Made by a program: the position numbers and the translations under genes
Shown: positions 1 to 28,029 of the stretch, piece after piece
How the letters are laid out: each line of letters begins with the position of its first letter
Position numbering within the stretch: the stretch's first letter is position 1
Notes under the pieces: model-generated
What the model saw: the letters and a program-made list of their open reading frames with translations, nothing else
Databases searched by the model: none
What the model was told of the DNA's origin: nothing
Source of the DNA: Macrostomum lignano
Lineage: Eukaryota
Assembly (NCBI GenBank): GCA_002269645.1
Contig: NIVC01003670.1
Span: 19,797 to 83,796, forward strand
Reading direction: 5' to 3'
Length of the DNA stretch: 64,000 nt

Positions 1-674
1 GGTACTTCGTACATACCTTGTCGCTAGTCGTTAAGAGAGGTCAGAAAGGCAAAAACATCGGAGCTGTATAAGCAGTTTAACTAGCAAGTTTATTGATTAC
101 AATTCAGATCTTGCCTCACTCCGCTCGTGAGGATCAATCCGTACAGATAAGATTCTCCATGGATACTATACAGAGCTGACCAACCCAGCCAACTTAAGTG
201 GATGACTTAAACAGCTTGCTCAGCCGATGCAAAGCTTAATCCAAATGTGAGTCAGCCCTCCAGCTTGAAGTTTTGATTTATCTTTCTATAGGCATGAGTC
301 AACCCTTATCCAAATTATATTGCTCTCAGGCAGCAAACTTTGCTCAGCAATTGCCCGGGGGATTTATTCTGGTAATTTGGGAGCCAAAAAGAAATCAGGG
401 CCAATTATGTGCAGAGATTGAGCTGAATCTGAGCAGGGTTGACTTTGTTTGGTGAGTACAGTGTGCGCTGGTGTCAGTGGGTTTTAAGCTATTTGGAACT
501 CAATTCTGATTGAAGCAGATTTACAATATCTACATGTGTGTGTGTGTGGGCTGTGTGTGTGTGTGTGTGTGTGTGTGTCAAGGACATCTAAAGTAGAAAG
601 ACAACTTCTGAAAGAAAATTTTTGTTGACTAAAAGGGTAACCCTGTTTTTGTCGTCAAAATTACGTTTTACAGT

Positions 675-960
675 TTATAATAAGATGAGAAGATAAGAGG
701 AGAGAAGGGGAGAGAGGAGAGAAAAAAGGAGAGGAAAGAGAGCGGAGTGGAAGAGGAAAGGGGAGAGGGAGAGAGAGGAAAAAGGAGAGAAGAGGGAAGA
801 AAGGAGAGGGGAAAAAGGAGAGAAGAGGGAAGAAAGGAGAGGGGAAAAAGGAGAGGGGAGAGGAGAAAGGGGGAGAAGAGAGGTGAGGGGGGAGAGAGGA
901 GAGGAGAGAGGGGAGGGGGAGATGAAAGGGGAGCGGGAGAGAAGGGAGAAAGGAGAGGGG

Positions 961-995
<35 letters not shown>

Positions 996-1090
996 CATGA
1001 ACATTGAGCGGGGTCGGATTGCTATTGTAAATTGTATCACAGGAGGCCGCATGTGGTCCGCGGGCCGCAGTTCGCCGACCCCTGGTTTAG
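675..1090. repeat. GA-rich low-complexity tract ending in a hAT-like terminal sequence
   Basis: Purine-only tract at about 675-1000, followed by GGTCCGCGGGCCGCAGTTCGCCGACCCCTG (about 1055-1085), which resembles hAT/Charlie right ends. ORFs over this tract are low-complexity artefacts. Confidence 0.55.
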
Positions 1091-1786
1091 ATAGACATCT
1101 TCTGGTGCATTAAAATATGTTTTGAAAGCATTTATAATTTAGAGAAACACAAGTTTACTAAAAAATACCGAATAAAAATGGAAACAAAATACAATAGGAA
1201 AGTTTTATATGTATTTATTTACGTGTAGTCAGGCCGTTTAGATGAATAAGTTACTACTTTCACTAGCAAAGATAGGCTCCGGTGTAGAATTCAACTTAAA
1301 AAAAATTGGATGTTGAAAGCAAAGAAAATTCGAGCCGATCGAGTCGTACTGCCCACAGCCGGTGCAAGAGGTGGACGACAGACGAACACTGTCCCAACAC
1401 TTAACACTTAACACGTGAAAAGTAAGAAGCCAGTTTTGATCTTTGAATACGTTATTTTTATTACATTAAAATTTGTTTGTACTAAGCTTTTTGAAAAAAT
1501 GTACGAAACTCCTGCTTTAAAAGGATTAGGATGTTTTTTTTTAAATTGACGACGTTTAAAAGCAGCAGTGCAACTTGAAACAAAGTATAAGAGGAAGATA
1601 ACTCAAGTTTGTTAATTGTATAGATCTGGTTAAAAATAGCATTTAGATTTCATAGAAAAAACTTTAAAGGAAAGTATAGATACAAATAAATAGAAATAAA
1701 TAGCTCGTAGATATAATCGACAGTTACTACTTATAGTAGCTCAGCTATGACTTCGAACACATTTCCTTTCTCTACGCCAGGGGTGG

Positions 1787-2135
1787 GTAAGCAAACTTTT
1801 TACCATGGCCGCAGGCCAGATGAGAGTGGAAAGCAGAGTGAATAGATGAGTTATGAGAGAGGAGATAGAAGATGAGAGAAAAGGCGTGAGTGGAGAGGGG
1901 AGAGGGGAGAGAGGGGAGAGAGGTGAGGGGAGAGGAGAGAGAGAGAGTATAGATAGGAGAGGAGAGTGGAAAGAGGAGAGTGCAGAGAAGAAAGGGGAGA
2001 GAGGAGAGGAGAAAGAGGAGAGAGAGGAGAGAGAGGAGAGAAGAGGATAGAGAAGAGAGGAGAGTTGAGAGGGGAGAGAAGAGGAAAGAGAAGAGAGACG
2101 AGGGAAGAAGTAAGAGAAGGAAGCAAATGAAAGGA
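1787..2135. repeat. GA-rich low-complexity tract starting with a hAT-like left end
   Basis: CAGGGGTGGGTAAGCAAACTTTT at about 1787, followed by about 300 bp of GA-rich sequence. Confidence 0.5.
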
Positions 2136-2167
2136 AATGTCAAAAGCAAAGAAAATTCTAAAACGGC

Positions 2168-2923
2168 TCAGTACACGCTGAACTTGACCCAGTCGGCGCT
2201 CGTCTCGATCTCCGCCTCCACCTGAGCGTCGGTGAACAGCAGCAGGCGGCAGGTTTTCAGCTTGCTGTTGTACAGCACGTGTCTGCAGTAACTTCTGGAG
2301 TTCATAGCAGCCGCCATGCACTCGAGTGAGTTGGCCACCTGCAGCAGGTCAGTGCGGCAGTAATCCGTGCTGGGGTTGGAGCTGGTGCGCTTGAACGGAG
2401 TTCGCTTCCACGAGGCTGAGGCGAGAGGCTGAGGCGGAGCTGCATCTGCTACGAACTCGCAGACGAATCCAGCCAGAACGGAGCAATCAAAGTCAACAAG
2501 CTTTCCATAGTGGGCGCTATACTGAGCAATGCAGTTTTCTTTTCTATTACCGTTTGGATCACCGCCATACCATAGCGAGTCATTGTCAGGCAGCAGGCTT
2601 TTGCCGTTGACCAGCTGCCAGCCCGACTTGCTTGTGTTTCTCTCATCGGCCAGGTCAGCCACTCCCAGCCAGATGTTGCAGTGGCAGTTCAGTCTCAGAA
2701 TGCTGCCCAGCAGCTGCAGTGAGCTGTACGAGTTGAGCAGCTCGCCTCCCATTGATGCACACTGACGATTTGCTGAGCACCAGCTGTGGCTCTGAGCTGT
2801 GCTCACGAACAAGCATCTGCCGGCCTCGAGGCTGAACGGAGCTGGGCACGGCTGAGCCCACACTGTCAGCAGACTGCTGAGCAGACTGGTCAATGTTAAA
2901 AATTTTTGAATTCTGAAATCCAT
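2168..2923 (-). CDS. Secreted C-type lectin domain protein with a C-terminal PAN/apple-like Cys module, single exon, 251 aa
   Basis: Signal peptide MDFRIQKFLTLTSLLSSLLTVWA. CTLD pattern CPxxF..GRCL..SW..A...C...GG.L..WLG..W..G.PN...ENC..LVDFDC...FVCE. C-terminal YC..C...CRHVLYNSKLKTCRLL. Confidence 0.9.
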   Translation of the reverse strand: MDFRIQKFLTLTSLLSSLLTVWAQPCPAPFSLEAGRCLFVSTAQSHSWCSANRQCASMGGELLNSYSSLQLLGSILRLNCHCNIWLGVADLADERNTSKSGWQLVNGKSLLPDNDSLWYGGDPNGNRKENCIAQYSAHYGKLVDFDCSVLAGFVCEFVADAAPPQPLASASWKRTPFKRTSSNPSTDYCRTDLLQVANSLECMAAAMNSRSYCRHVLYNSKLKTCRLLLFTDAQVEAEIETSADWVKFSVY

Positions 2924-3949
2924 TAGCGATTCAACCGGTTGATTTTACATTTGGTTTTCGAATCGTTTTCTATAACAAAGATTTTTCACAGCTTCATAGT
3001 CTGTGTAAATAGCTTTCTCAGCAGGCAATATAGCTGGTTTTTGGCTGTTTATTCTGTGATCAGAACCGTGTTAATACGTTAATACGGAATTAAGTCAACA
3101 CGAGTTCTGTCGTATTTGGCTTAACACCTGCTTAATGCATTCTCAAATATTCTCCAAAGCTTCTCCAAGCAGCTGATTGCGATGCCAGAGAGCTGTCCTA
3201 CCATGGAGTCCTATAAAGTGTGCACCTGGAGCGGAAGGTAATAATTTTAATTTTGCCCGCAATGCATTTTTTCTGCAGCGCATTGCCTCCCCAATGCTTA
3301 GTAATTAAATCTTAATTAAAGAGATTTACACGATCAACACGGTTTGATAGTAACTTAATTTCAACCAAACAAAATGGTGACTAGTTTTGGCCCAAAGATA
3401 GAGGACGGGTGGATCGATAAGAAAAATAAGTAAGCAGTCAAGTGATGACATTTGTACATAGGGTAAATGTACATCGGTAAGCGACTGAGGAATAATGGCC
3501 CAACCAAGCAATTGCCATTGTTTCTGGGTGAAATGTAAATGTTCAGTTAAAGTGGCCAGAAAAATCGAGCGCAATACAACACAGTCTACCATTGTAAATT
3601 ATGAATTTTCATCGATCGAAAGTAACGTAAATTTGTCTTAATTACACAGCTTCGCTTCCTTTTCAGACTCTTTATTGAGAAATCCATGTACATGAAGATG
3701 TAGCTTAACATCCCGTAAATGGATAATTCCAAATTGTCCAGGACAAATAAAAACCTGTTGACAATTATGGATAACTGACAGACGTATTTGGTCAACAAAA
3801 TCCATTTATGCCATGCTTTTACGTCTCGTTTGCATTATATGTTGGTAAATAGTACCATCCCTGACAATTAGAAAGTTAAATGGCCGCTGTACGATCGAAG
3901 GTGGTCAGGAGTCAGTGGAATGGGAAAATTTTCCCCAGTGCTGCTTTCC

Positions 3950-4976
3950 TCAGCTGCAAGGCCTGCACAAACACAGCCGAATTGAAGGCAGCCCCACTTC
4001 AGCCGACTGAGCTGCCGCAGGGGCCGTGGCTAGAGCTGGGCCTAGACTTCCTGGGACCGATCAGAGGCCACATGCTGCTGGTGTGCACCGACTATTTTTC
4101 ACGTTTCTCACTGGTACAGACGATGTCGGGGTCGACAGCGGCAGCTCCGGTCATCCGAACCCTCCGCCAGTGGTTCAGCACGTTCGGCCAGCCAGTCAAG
4201 ATCACCACCGACAACGGCCCGCCATTCTCGTCCGCAGAATTCAACGCCTTCCTGCGCAGCCAGGGCGTCCACCACCATCGGACTACGCCGCTGCATCCCC
4301 AAGCCAACGGACTCGTAGAGCGATGCAACCGAGGCCTCAATAAGGCAATCAGAGCGGCGATCCTGGAAGGCAGTGACTGGCAGGCGGCACTGGACGACTA
4401 CCTGGCTGCATACCGGCGAACACCGCACGCAGCAACCGGCATGGCCCCAGCCGACCTGCTATTCAGCCGACAGCTCAATGACACGATCCCCAGCTTGCGC
4501 CACTCCCGGCCGGTTGACGCCAGGCGACAGACCGTCCGCGGCCACGACTCCAGGGAAAGGAGCGGATGAAGGCCTTCGCCGACAGCAAGAGGGGCGCCAC
4601 CGACCACCAGATCACCGTAGGCGACCTCGTACTCCGCCGGCTCACCAACCGTAGCAAGACCGACCCCTTCTTCGAGGCCTCGCCATGGACCGTGACAGAA
4701 GTCCGCGGCAACACCCTGCAGCTCCAACGGGCCGGCCAGAGGTGCTCCAGGCACACCACCCACGTCAAGCGAGTCTCCCAGGCAGCCGACAAGTGGCCGG
4801 GTGACCCCGGAGAACGCGACAGCGGACAGGACAGCCGGCCGGATGAACCAACCCAACCGCCCGAGCCAACCGGCGACCAGGACGTCCCGCTCGCCAACAG
4901 GCCGCACCCCCGACAGGCCAAGGAGACGCCGAAACGCTACGAAGAGGGCGACCGGCGAAAGGCTCTGGACATCTGA
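3950..4976 (+). pseudogene. Ty3/Gypsy-type integrase remnant, 5'-truncated, one frameshift
   Basis: ORF 3880-4569 has CKAC..PLQPTELPQGPW..LGLDFLGP..TDYFSRF..TDNGPPF..HPQANGLVERCNR (rve core). It continues in another frame as ORF 4566-4976 (MKAFADSKR..ITVGDLVLRR), consistent with a 1-nt loss near 4555. Confidence 0.85.
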
Positions 4977-5105
4977 CAGCTGGCGGAACAGCAGCAAGGA
5001 CTGATCATTGACTCTAATGACTGACACTGGTTGCTCGATCGCGCGTGACATGAACCCAATGTTGTACCCAACCCCACCCCGGGTTACAATCCACCAGACG
5101 AGGGA

Positions 5106-5364
5106 TGTAGCATGCGCAGGCAGGCAGTTCGGGCACCTAGTTTGCACTCCGTGACCGCCATCCAGCCTATCCACTTCCCTCTGCTCGAGCATTTCCCAAC
5201 GCGCATTCAATGAACAATAAATAAACAATAAACAATAAACAATAAAACAATAAATCTTGTGTTCTGCCAGACAATAAATATACAGGCACAGGCACATTCT
5301 ATTTCTCCACCTTTCTGAGTGGCTAACTAACACTCGCAACAACCAGCTAGAGTTGCTCGCTACA
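5106..5364 (+). mobile_element. 3' LTR of the Gypsy remnant
   Basis: Purine tract GACGAGGGA directly precedes TGTAGC (5106); the segment ends GCTACA (5364), giving TG..CA ends with a 6-bp inverted repeat. Multiple internal AATAAA. Confidence 0.75.
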
Positions 5365-6041
5365 AGGTATAAAAATAAACAAACAAATATATTGTTATTA
5401 ATATTTTTAGTATATATTTAGTATATTTAGATTTGTATAATAACGAATTAACATCATATTTTCATTAATATACTATTGTAGTATATTATATAATATATAT
5501 TTTTCTGTATATTAATATGGTATAGATTCATAAAAATTTTAAGGAGAAAGCAAAAATTGAGGCGATTTTTATCCTCTAAAAAGTAAAAAATCTCAATAAC
5601 TAATAAAAACGATAGTAGCTAACATGCTGTCGATGGGGAAAAAGAAAAAAAATTATTTTCAGCTACAAGATAAATATTTGATAACTATTGGGATAATATT
5701 TATAGTAATTAGATCTTGACACAGTCAGCAAACGCGAAAAAAAACAGTATTGATTTGAATTAGCTTGCGATAAAAATTAATATTAATAATTTGTTGCCTT
5801 GGTTTCGGACACAGAAGTGTATCAATATAAAAAAGTGTATTGATTTTTCCATGTTTAAATAAGAAAAGTGCTTGCTTATGGTCTAAGTAGGATAATTTGG
5901 TAATGAAAATCGATGTTAATAATGTTAAATATCACGATTCACAAATAAGTCAACGCTCATTGGTTCTGGCAGTCAACCACCTCACTCCGCTGTATGACGT
6001 CATCGCCCTAGACGCTCTTTGATTGGTCGGTGCGCATTTAT

Positions 6042-20962
<14,921 letters not shown>

Positions 20963-21819
20963 CGTTGATCGTTATTATTATTATTCAACAATAATAATTA
21001 ATGCCAAATAAAGTTACAAATAGAAGAATATTAAGTTTGAAAAGCTCTGAGTCTGGGTATATACAGTATATACCTGGTTAGAATTTTAATAGCTTTAGGT
21101 CTGTATAATACAATGCTACCCCATTGATTGGCCAGGTGTGAGAGAAGCAGGACTTGAGACTGGGGGAGCGAGCGAGGACTGTGAGGGTAGAGGGGTGAAA
21201 ATTACAGTAGAAAGTTGCCATGGAGACGGTATAGCAAGACACAAGTGTATTATAGGCTGGCCTCGGAGGGCCTCTCCCAGGCAAAGATTGACACTAGGAA
21301 TTTTTCCTACCGCAGACGCCCCTGCACATGCTTATGAGTACTATACAGCTTTGCCATTCTCTCTCCTCTTATGAGTACTATACAGCTTTGCCATTCTCTC
21401 TCCTCTTCCAGTTCAGCTCCGGAGCGACTGGTCTGTTTTCCTTGAGCTTAGCTGGCGCTCCCTGCCAAGGAGGCCTTCAACAGAGAATTTGGAGTGCTTA
21501 ATTTTTAGATTTTTTTCCATTCGTCACAACTGACAGTGTTGGTCTAAAAGTTTTTTGAATTTAATCATTGTACCTATTGTGTCGGCTCTAAACAAGATGC
21601 ACAGAAATAAATAGGATTTTGTCGCAGACAATTTTGGGACGAAAGAAAAGCCGGACAAGAAAAAATAAATCATTAGCACGATTGAATGTGACTTTAACGT
21701 CGCTAGATATATGCAGTTTACGCATTTAGTCTATGGAAAACTAACTTGACCGAGTGACGGTACACAACAATTGAGTTATATTGAGTTATTGAGTTAGGCA
21801 TAGGCAACTGCGAGTTATA

Positions 21820-22120
21820 ATATGGTCTATGGTCTATGATGGTCGATGGAATATATATCGTCTATGGCTAAGAGTCTATGGCCTACGGTCTATAGTCTAT
21901 TGTTCATAGTCTATGACCTACGGTCTTTAGTCAATGGCCTTACGGTCTATTTTCTATGGCCTACAGTCAATAGTCTATGGCCTACGGTCAATAGTCTATG
22001 ATCTACGGTCAATAGATTAGTCAATAGTTTAAAGTCTATGGTCTACGGTCTATAGTCTATGGTTTATAGTTTATGGCCTTACGGTCTATAGTCAATGGCC
22101 TTACGGTCTATATTCTATGA
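21820..22120. repeat. Degenerate tandem repeat (CTATGGCCTACGGTCTATAGT-like)
   Basis: Recurring GTCTATGG/CTACGGTC units. Confidence 0.75.
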
Positions 22121-22789
22121 ACTGTTCCCTTCCTCATTAAAGATTTAAAGCACCAATTGATGTGTTCGTTTTGACAGTCTTCAATTACCATTTTCCTGAA
22201 CTCTAAATCCATAAACTGGATCAAACGCATTCACATAAATTATCCATAGATGAATGAGTGCCCGCTCCAAATTCTCTTTCCAGATCTCCTTGGCGATCTT
22301 TATGCTCGAATGTTTACTTACTATAGTCGCTTTGTTTGAGCATTTGCCAACCAAGCATGCCTTACTTTTAGAACAAACACACTGAGCTCTCAGTACTATA
22401 TTTTGCGCTGTGTAAACAAATAGGAAAACCCCCTGGAAAACGTAACCACTACGTTTAAGCTTTAATTTATAACTAAGAAATAATGAATGCCCCGAAAGTA
22501 AGCTATAGTAGAAAAACAGCCCAGGTACCAAAACTCGACACCTGATAAAGTAAGGAGTGATGACTGATGAGTGTCTGGCAGCTGGATAATTGGAGCATAT
22601 CATATAGAATAACATGCCGCAGCTCGAAGACGCTAAGAAACTAAAAACAACACAAAAGCAGAAACGTGCTCAATTGGTGAATCACCTGAAACTCGCTATA
22701 GCCTGCTAAATTAGATCTGAGTGTCTTGTCTACTTCACTTGACAAGAGAGAGGGGCAGGTAGAAATTGAAGACAGAATTAATATTTTTT

Positions 22790-23520
22790 AAAGTAGAGAA
22801 TGAATGTGAGAAACTGAGAATAGAGGTGAGAGAATAAAAATAGAGGCGAACGAATGTCAATGAGAATAAAGGTAATAAAATGAGATTAGAGGTTAGAGAA
22901 TGAGAATAGAGGTAATAAAATGAGATTAGAGGTTAGAGAATGAGAATAGAGGTAATAAAATGAGATTAGAGATGAGAGAATGAGAATAGAGGTGAGAGAA
23001 TGAGAATAAAGGTGAGAGAATGAGAATATAGGTGAGAGAATGAGAATAGAGGTGAGAGAATGAGAATAAAGGTGACAGAATGAGAATAGAGGTGAGAGAA
23101 TGAGAATAGAGGTGATAGAATGAGAATAGAGGTGAGAATGAGAATAGAGGTGAGAATGAGAATAAAGGTGAGAGAATGAGAATAGAGGTGAGAGAATGAG
23201 AATAAAGGTGATATAATGAGAATATAGGTGACAGAATGAGAATAGAGGTGAGAGAATGAGAATAGAGGTAACAGAATGAGAATAGAGGTAACAGAATGAG
23301 AATAGAGGTGAGAGAATGAGAATAGAGGTGACAAAAAAGAATAGAGGTGACAGAATGAGAATAGAGGTAACAAAATGAGAATAGAGGTGATAGAATGAGA
23401 GTAAAGGTGAACGAATGAGAATAGAGGTGATAGAAGAAGAATAGAGGTGAAAGAAGGAGATAGGAGGTGAGAGAATGCCAATGAGAATATAGGTGAGAGA
23501 ATGAGAACAGAGATGACAAA
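22790..23520. repeat. 20-bp minisatellite (GAGAGAATGAGAATAGAGGT)n
   Basis: About 35 copies; responsible for the HLYSHSLT ORFs. Confidence 0.92.
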
Positions 23521-23957
23521 AATGCCACTGAGAATTTGCAGAATTACTGAGTTACAAAATTAACCGTAAAATCAAAGTCCAAGCAAAAGAATCTATGTTT
23601 AGGTGACCAACAAGAATCACAAGTGAAAGCTTTTGCTCAGCAATATATTTGTTTATGCTTTCGCAAAGCAAAAATAAGAGTAACTTGGATTGCGATCAAC
23701 AATCAATATGTGCATTAAAAACCAATTATAAGCTGATGGCTTGAATGACACAGAACAGCGATGGGTGCAATGCTATTTTTTTGTCACAAGTACACGAGGG
23801 TTAAATGTAGGCACAACAGGCTTTCAGACAGAACAGAATAACTTATTTGCGAGTAAAACAGGTTCGCTGTGAGGATATTGACACAGATTTTGTATACATT
23901 TATTTGTCTCGCATAGTCATTTGAGAATGCCATTTGAGAAGCTAAAGTGAGGCAGGA

Positions 23958-24922
23958 CCAGCAACTGAGAATCTGGGACGCTAGTGACCCAGTAACTGAG
24001 GATCTGGGAGGCTGGCCCAGCAACTGACACTCTGGGAGGCTGGCCCAGCAACTGAGGATCTGGGAGGCTGGCCCAGCAACTGAGGATCTGGGAGGCTGGC
24101 CCAGCAACTGAGGATCTGGGAGGCTGGCCCAGCAACTGACACTCTGGGAGGCTGGCCCAGCAACTGAGGATCTGGGAGGCTGGCCCAGCAACTGAGGATC
24201 TGGGAGGCTGGCCCAGCAACTGAGGATCTGGGAGGCTGGCCCAGCAACTGAGGATCTGGGAGGCTGGCCCAGCAACTGACACTCTGGGAGGCTGGCCCAG
24301 CAACTGAGGATCTGGGAGGCTGGCCCAGCAACTGAGGATCTGGGAGGCTGGCCCAGCAACTGAGGATCTGGGAGGCTGGCCCAGCAACTGACACTCTGGG
24401 AGGCTGGCCCAGCAACTGACACTCTGGGAGGCTGGCCCAGCAACTGAGGATCTGGGAGGCTGGCCCAGCAACTGAGGATCTGGGAGGCTGGCCCAGCAAC
24501 TGACACTCTGGGAGGCTGGCCCAGCAACTGACACTCTGGGAGGCTGGCCCAGCAACTGAGGATCTGGGAGGCTGGCCCAGCAACTGAGGATCTGGGAGGC
24601 TGGCCCAGCAACTGAGGATCTGGGAGGCTGGCCCAGCAACTGACACTCTGGGAGGCTGGCCCAGCAACTGAGGATCTGGGAGGCTGGCCCAGCAACTGAC
24701 ACTCTGGGAGGCTGGCCCAGCAACTGAGGATCTGGGAGGCTGGCCCAGCAACTGAGGATCTGGGAGGCTGGCCCAGCAACTGAGGATCTGGGAGGCTGGC
24801 CCAGCACCTGAGGATCTGGGAGGCTGGCCCAGCACCTGAGGATCTGGGAGGCTGGCCCAGCAACTGAGGATCTGGGAGGCTGGCCCAGCACCTGAGGATC
24901 TGGGAGGCTGGCCCAGGACCTG
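23958..24922. repeat. 28-bp minisatellite (GCTGGCCCAGCAACTGAGGATCTGGGAG)n
   Basis: About 34 copies with GAGGAT and GACACT variants; the same family occurs inverted at 57727-58015. Confidence 0.96.
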
Positions 24923-25509
24923 AGGATCTGGCAGTGTAAACTCAAAAAATTCTTTTAATCAATAGACTAATCAATAGATTAGGCAAAAGTTAGTCAGAGC
25001 GCATTCAGGCAGAAAAACAGCTGTTTCATAGTAAAGCTGCAAAGCTATACAAAGCAAAAATAATACAGTTTCTGTTTTCCAACACGAAGAAAAACAACGC
25101 TTAGAAGAGATTACACAGCAAGCTGAAATAAAGCGAGATGCGAAAAAACGGCAAAACAGAATAGAGGTCTGTTAAAGTTTAAAAAACCATTGGCTCAACT
25201 CTTAATTAGAGATTGACACATTGTGACAGACAACAAATCTATAAGCATCAACGGCTATTGTTTATTGTATGCTTGTATAAAAAGTTCAGAAAATTTATAA
25301 TTTAGTAAATTAATATGCATTGCTCTCGAGATACTACTTATAAGCGTTCACGTCGAATAGTAGGAAGGAAGGACATTTAAAAAAGCAAATTTATCAATAT
25401 TCATTTTTATAGATTTCGGATCCAAATTTCGAATTCGTTGTTGCACTGCAGACTACTATGAGTAGGGTAGAGTACATGCAATGAGATAGATAGCAAAGGA
25501 AGTTAGAAA

Positions 25510-27721
25510 TCAACCCATACAGGCTGAGAATGCATTCTTAATAGCGGTTCTAGCGTACGGTATGTAGCTAATAGAATACCAGACCAGTGCTAGGAACTGC
25601 AGCAGGCAGAAGATTACGGCTAACACGCTTTTCTTCCACCAGATAGCGGCCATCAATGTCAGGGCCATAAACAGCAGCATCAGTAGGGTGGCAATTAGTC
25701 GAGTTGGGGCGAACATCTTCTTTAACTGATTAATTGGACCCATGAGGAAACAGGTGGACGCCAGTGACAGGACGTTGCCAATAGTGTAAAATGTGGCAAA
25801 TATGACCAATCCGTGAGGTAATGCGATCAGTGCGCTGCCCTGCAAGTAGCGACGGTGTGGGTTGCGACAGGTGTCATTTTGGTGTACAGGTGCACTGCAG
25901 ATATTATAGAATGCCAAAATCAAAGTCACAGTATCAAAATCTAAGTCTGAGTATCAAAATCAAAGTCAGAATGCCAAAATCAGTCACAGTAGCAAAATCA
26001 AACTCAGAATGCCAAAATCAAAGTCAGGATGCCAAAACCAAAGCCAGGATGCCAAAATCAAAGTCAGAATGCGAAAATCAAAGTCAGAATGCCAAAATCA
26101 AAGTCAGAGTATCAAAATCAAAGTCAGAGTATCAAAATCAAAGTCAGAATGCCAAAATCAAGGTCAGGATGCTAAAATCAAGGTCAGGATGCCAAAATCA
26201 AAGTCAGAATGCTAAAATCAAGGTCAGGATGCCAAAATCAAGGTCAGGATGCCAAAATCAAGGTCAGAATGCTAAAATCAAGGTCAGGATGCCAAAATCA
26301 AGGTCAGAATGCTAAAATCAAGGTCAGGATGCCAAAATCAAGGTCAGGATACCAAAATCAAAGTCAGAATGCTAAAATCAAGGTCAGGATGCCAAAATCA
26401 AGGTCAGGATGCCAAAATCAAAGTCAGAATGCTAAAATCAAGGTCAGGATGCCAAAATCAAGGTCAGGATGCCAAAACCAAGGTCAGGATGCCAAAATAA
26501 AAGTCAGAATGCTAAAATCAAGGTCAGGATGCCAAAATCAAGGTCAGGATGCCAAAATCAAGGTCAGGATGCCAAAATCAAAGTCAGAATGCTAAAATCA
26601 AGGTCAGGATGCCAAAATCAAGGTCAGGATGCCAAAATCAAAGTCAGAATGCTAAAATCAAGGTCAGGATGCCAAAATCAAGGTCAGGATGCCAAAACCA
26701 AAGTCAGGATGCCAAAATCAAGGTCAGGATGCCAAAATCAAGGTCAGGATGCCAAAATCAAGGTCAGGATGCCAAAACCAAAGTCAGGATGCCAAAATCA
26801 AGGTCAGGATGCCAAAATCAAGGTCAGGATGCCAAAATCAAGGTCAGGATGCTATTGTGTCAATGAAAGCAACTTGAAACACATTTGTTTGCTACAAAAG
26901 CCTCAACTTTCCATTCAGTACTAAGGTGAGTGCATGCTAGTTGATGGTAATTCTATCCAACAGGTATTTACTTAGAAAAGCAGCAAGGCACAGATACAAT
27001 TGCAACTTACTAGCAGGGAAAAAATCCAGCCAATAACGAAGCAGGCTATGAATCCTTTAATCCGCGAGCTCCAACTGAATGTTGTTCTGTCGCTGAACTG
27101 TTTGAAATTGTGAAATTCAAATAGATTTTTTGAGAATTAGGACAGTATAAAAATATAGCTTCTAGAATGAATGTTAAACAATTAGTAATAAAATTCGACA
27201 ATATTTGAAATAATAAGAAAACAAAAAACAAATAACAATTAACAGTACAAACTTTAATTTAAAAAGTGCATAATACTTAGTACATAAAACAACACAACAT
27301 TTTTCTCTTGGGAGCGAACAAAACCAGAACTAGAGATCTACATTGATTGGGAAACTGTTATTTAGTTATAACAATCAACAACAGAATTTTTTATTAACGT
27401 GTTATAGCAAATGGCTCTACCCACCCTCCAGAGTAGTGGCATATCATCATCATTGTCCTAGGGATTTTAATCAAGCCAATAAATATATTAAAATAAAATA
27501 AAAATAAAAAAATAACTAGGACATAATTCAGAATGTTCTAGTTCTAGCCTTGGCTGGACTTGGCTGGCTTTCATGGCTTATATACTCGTATGTCTATGGC
27601 ACTGAACCTACAAACACCAAAATGTGTTTTCCTTAAATCAAATACTTACCTCTGTCATGATTCCTTCTCTATCAGTGTTATCATCATCATTGCCAGATAG
27701 AACTTTCTTTAACTTGTCCAT
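25510..27721 (-). CDS. SFT2: Vesicle transport protein SFT2 (SFT2D1/2-like), 3 exons, 162 aa
   Basis: Exons 27721-27650 (MDKLKKVLSGNDDD..), 27097-27011 (..SWSSRIKGFIACFVIG..), 25839-25510 (..FYTIGN..STCFLMGP..QLKKMF..TRLIAT..WYSISYIPYAR). All introns GT-AG, phase 0. Confidence 0.93.
25911..26850. repeat. 20-bp minisatellite (GCCAAAATCAAGGTCAGGAT)n in SFT2 intron 2
   Basis: About 47 copies. Confidence 0.95.
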
Positions 27722-28029
27722 GCTTGTCAATTCAGAAATATTTTATATTGTAGCAAGAATAAAAAAGAAGTAGTTGATATAGTATAAAAATGCTATGCAA
27801 TGTAAAAAAGATGCCCCTTCTTCCTATTAATGTTATTCAATTATATAAGATCACGAGGCCAACTCCTCCGTTGGCAGAGTAAGGGGATAGAACTCCCATC
27901 GCCAGAATTTCATTCCCTGAAATCCATCAGCTGAATCCAATGACACAAATCCCATTGTCCAAATCCTCTATTAACCTCCCAAAAACCATTGTTTTACCTG
28001 CTTGCGAAAATTGACTGCCTGCCATCGTC

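Noticed and set aside
273-455. Short ORF followed by a GTGAGT donor-like site
   Set aside because: No homology signal and no downstream exon identified.
22181-22615. 144-aa minus-strand ORF
   Set aside because: No recognisable motif or consistent splice partners; possibly a decayed element.
22926-26924. ORFs of 100-359 aa over the 20-bp and 28-bp arrays
   Set aside because: Pure minisatellite translations, open in several frames at once.
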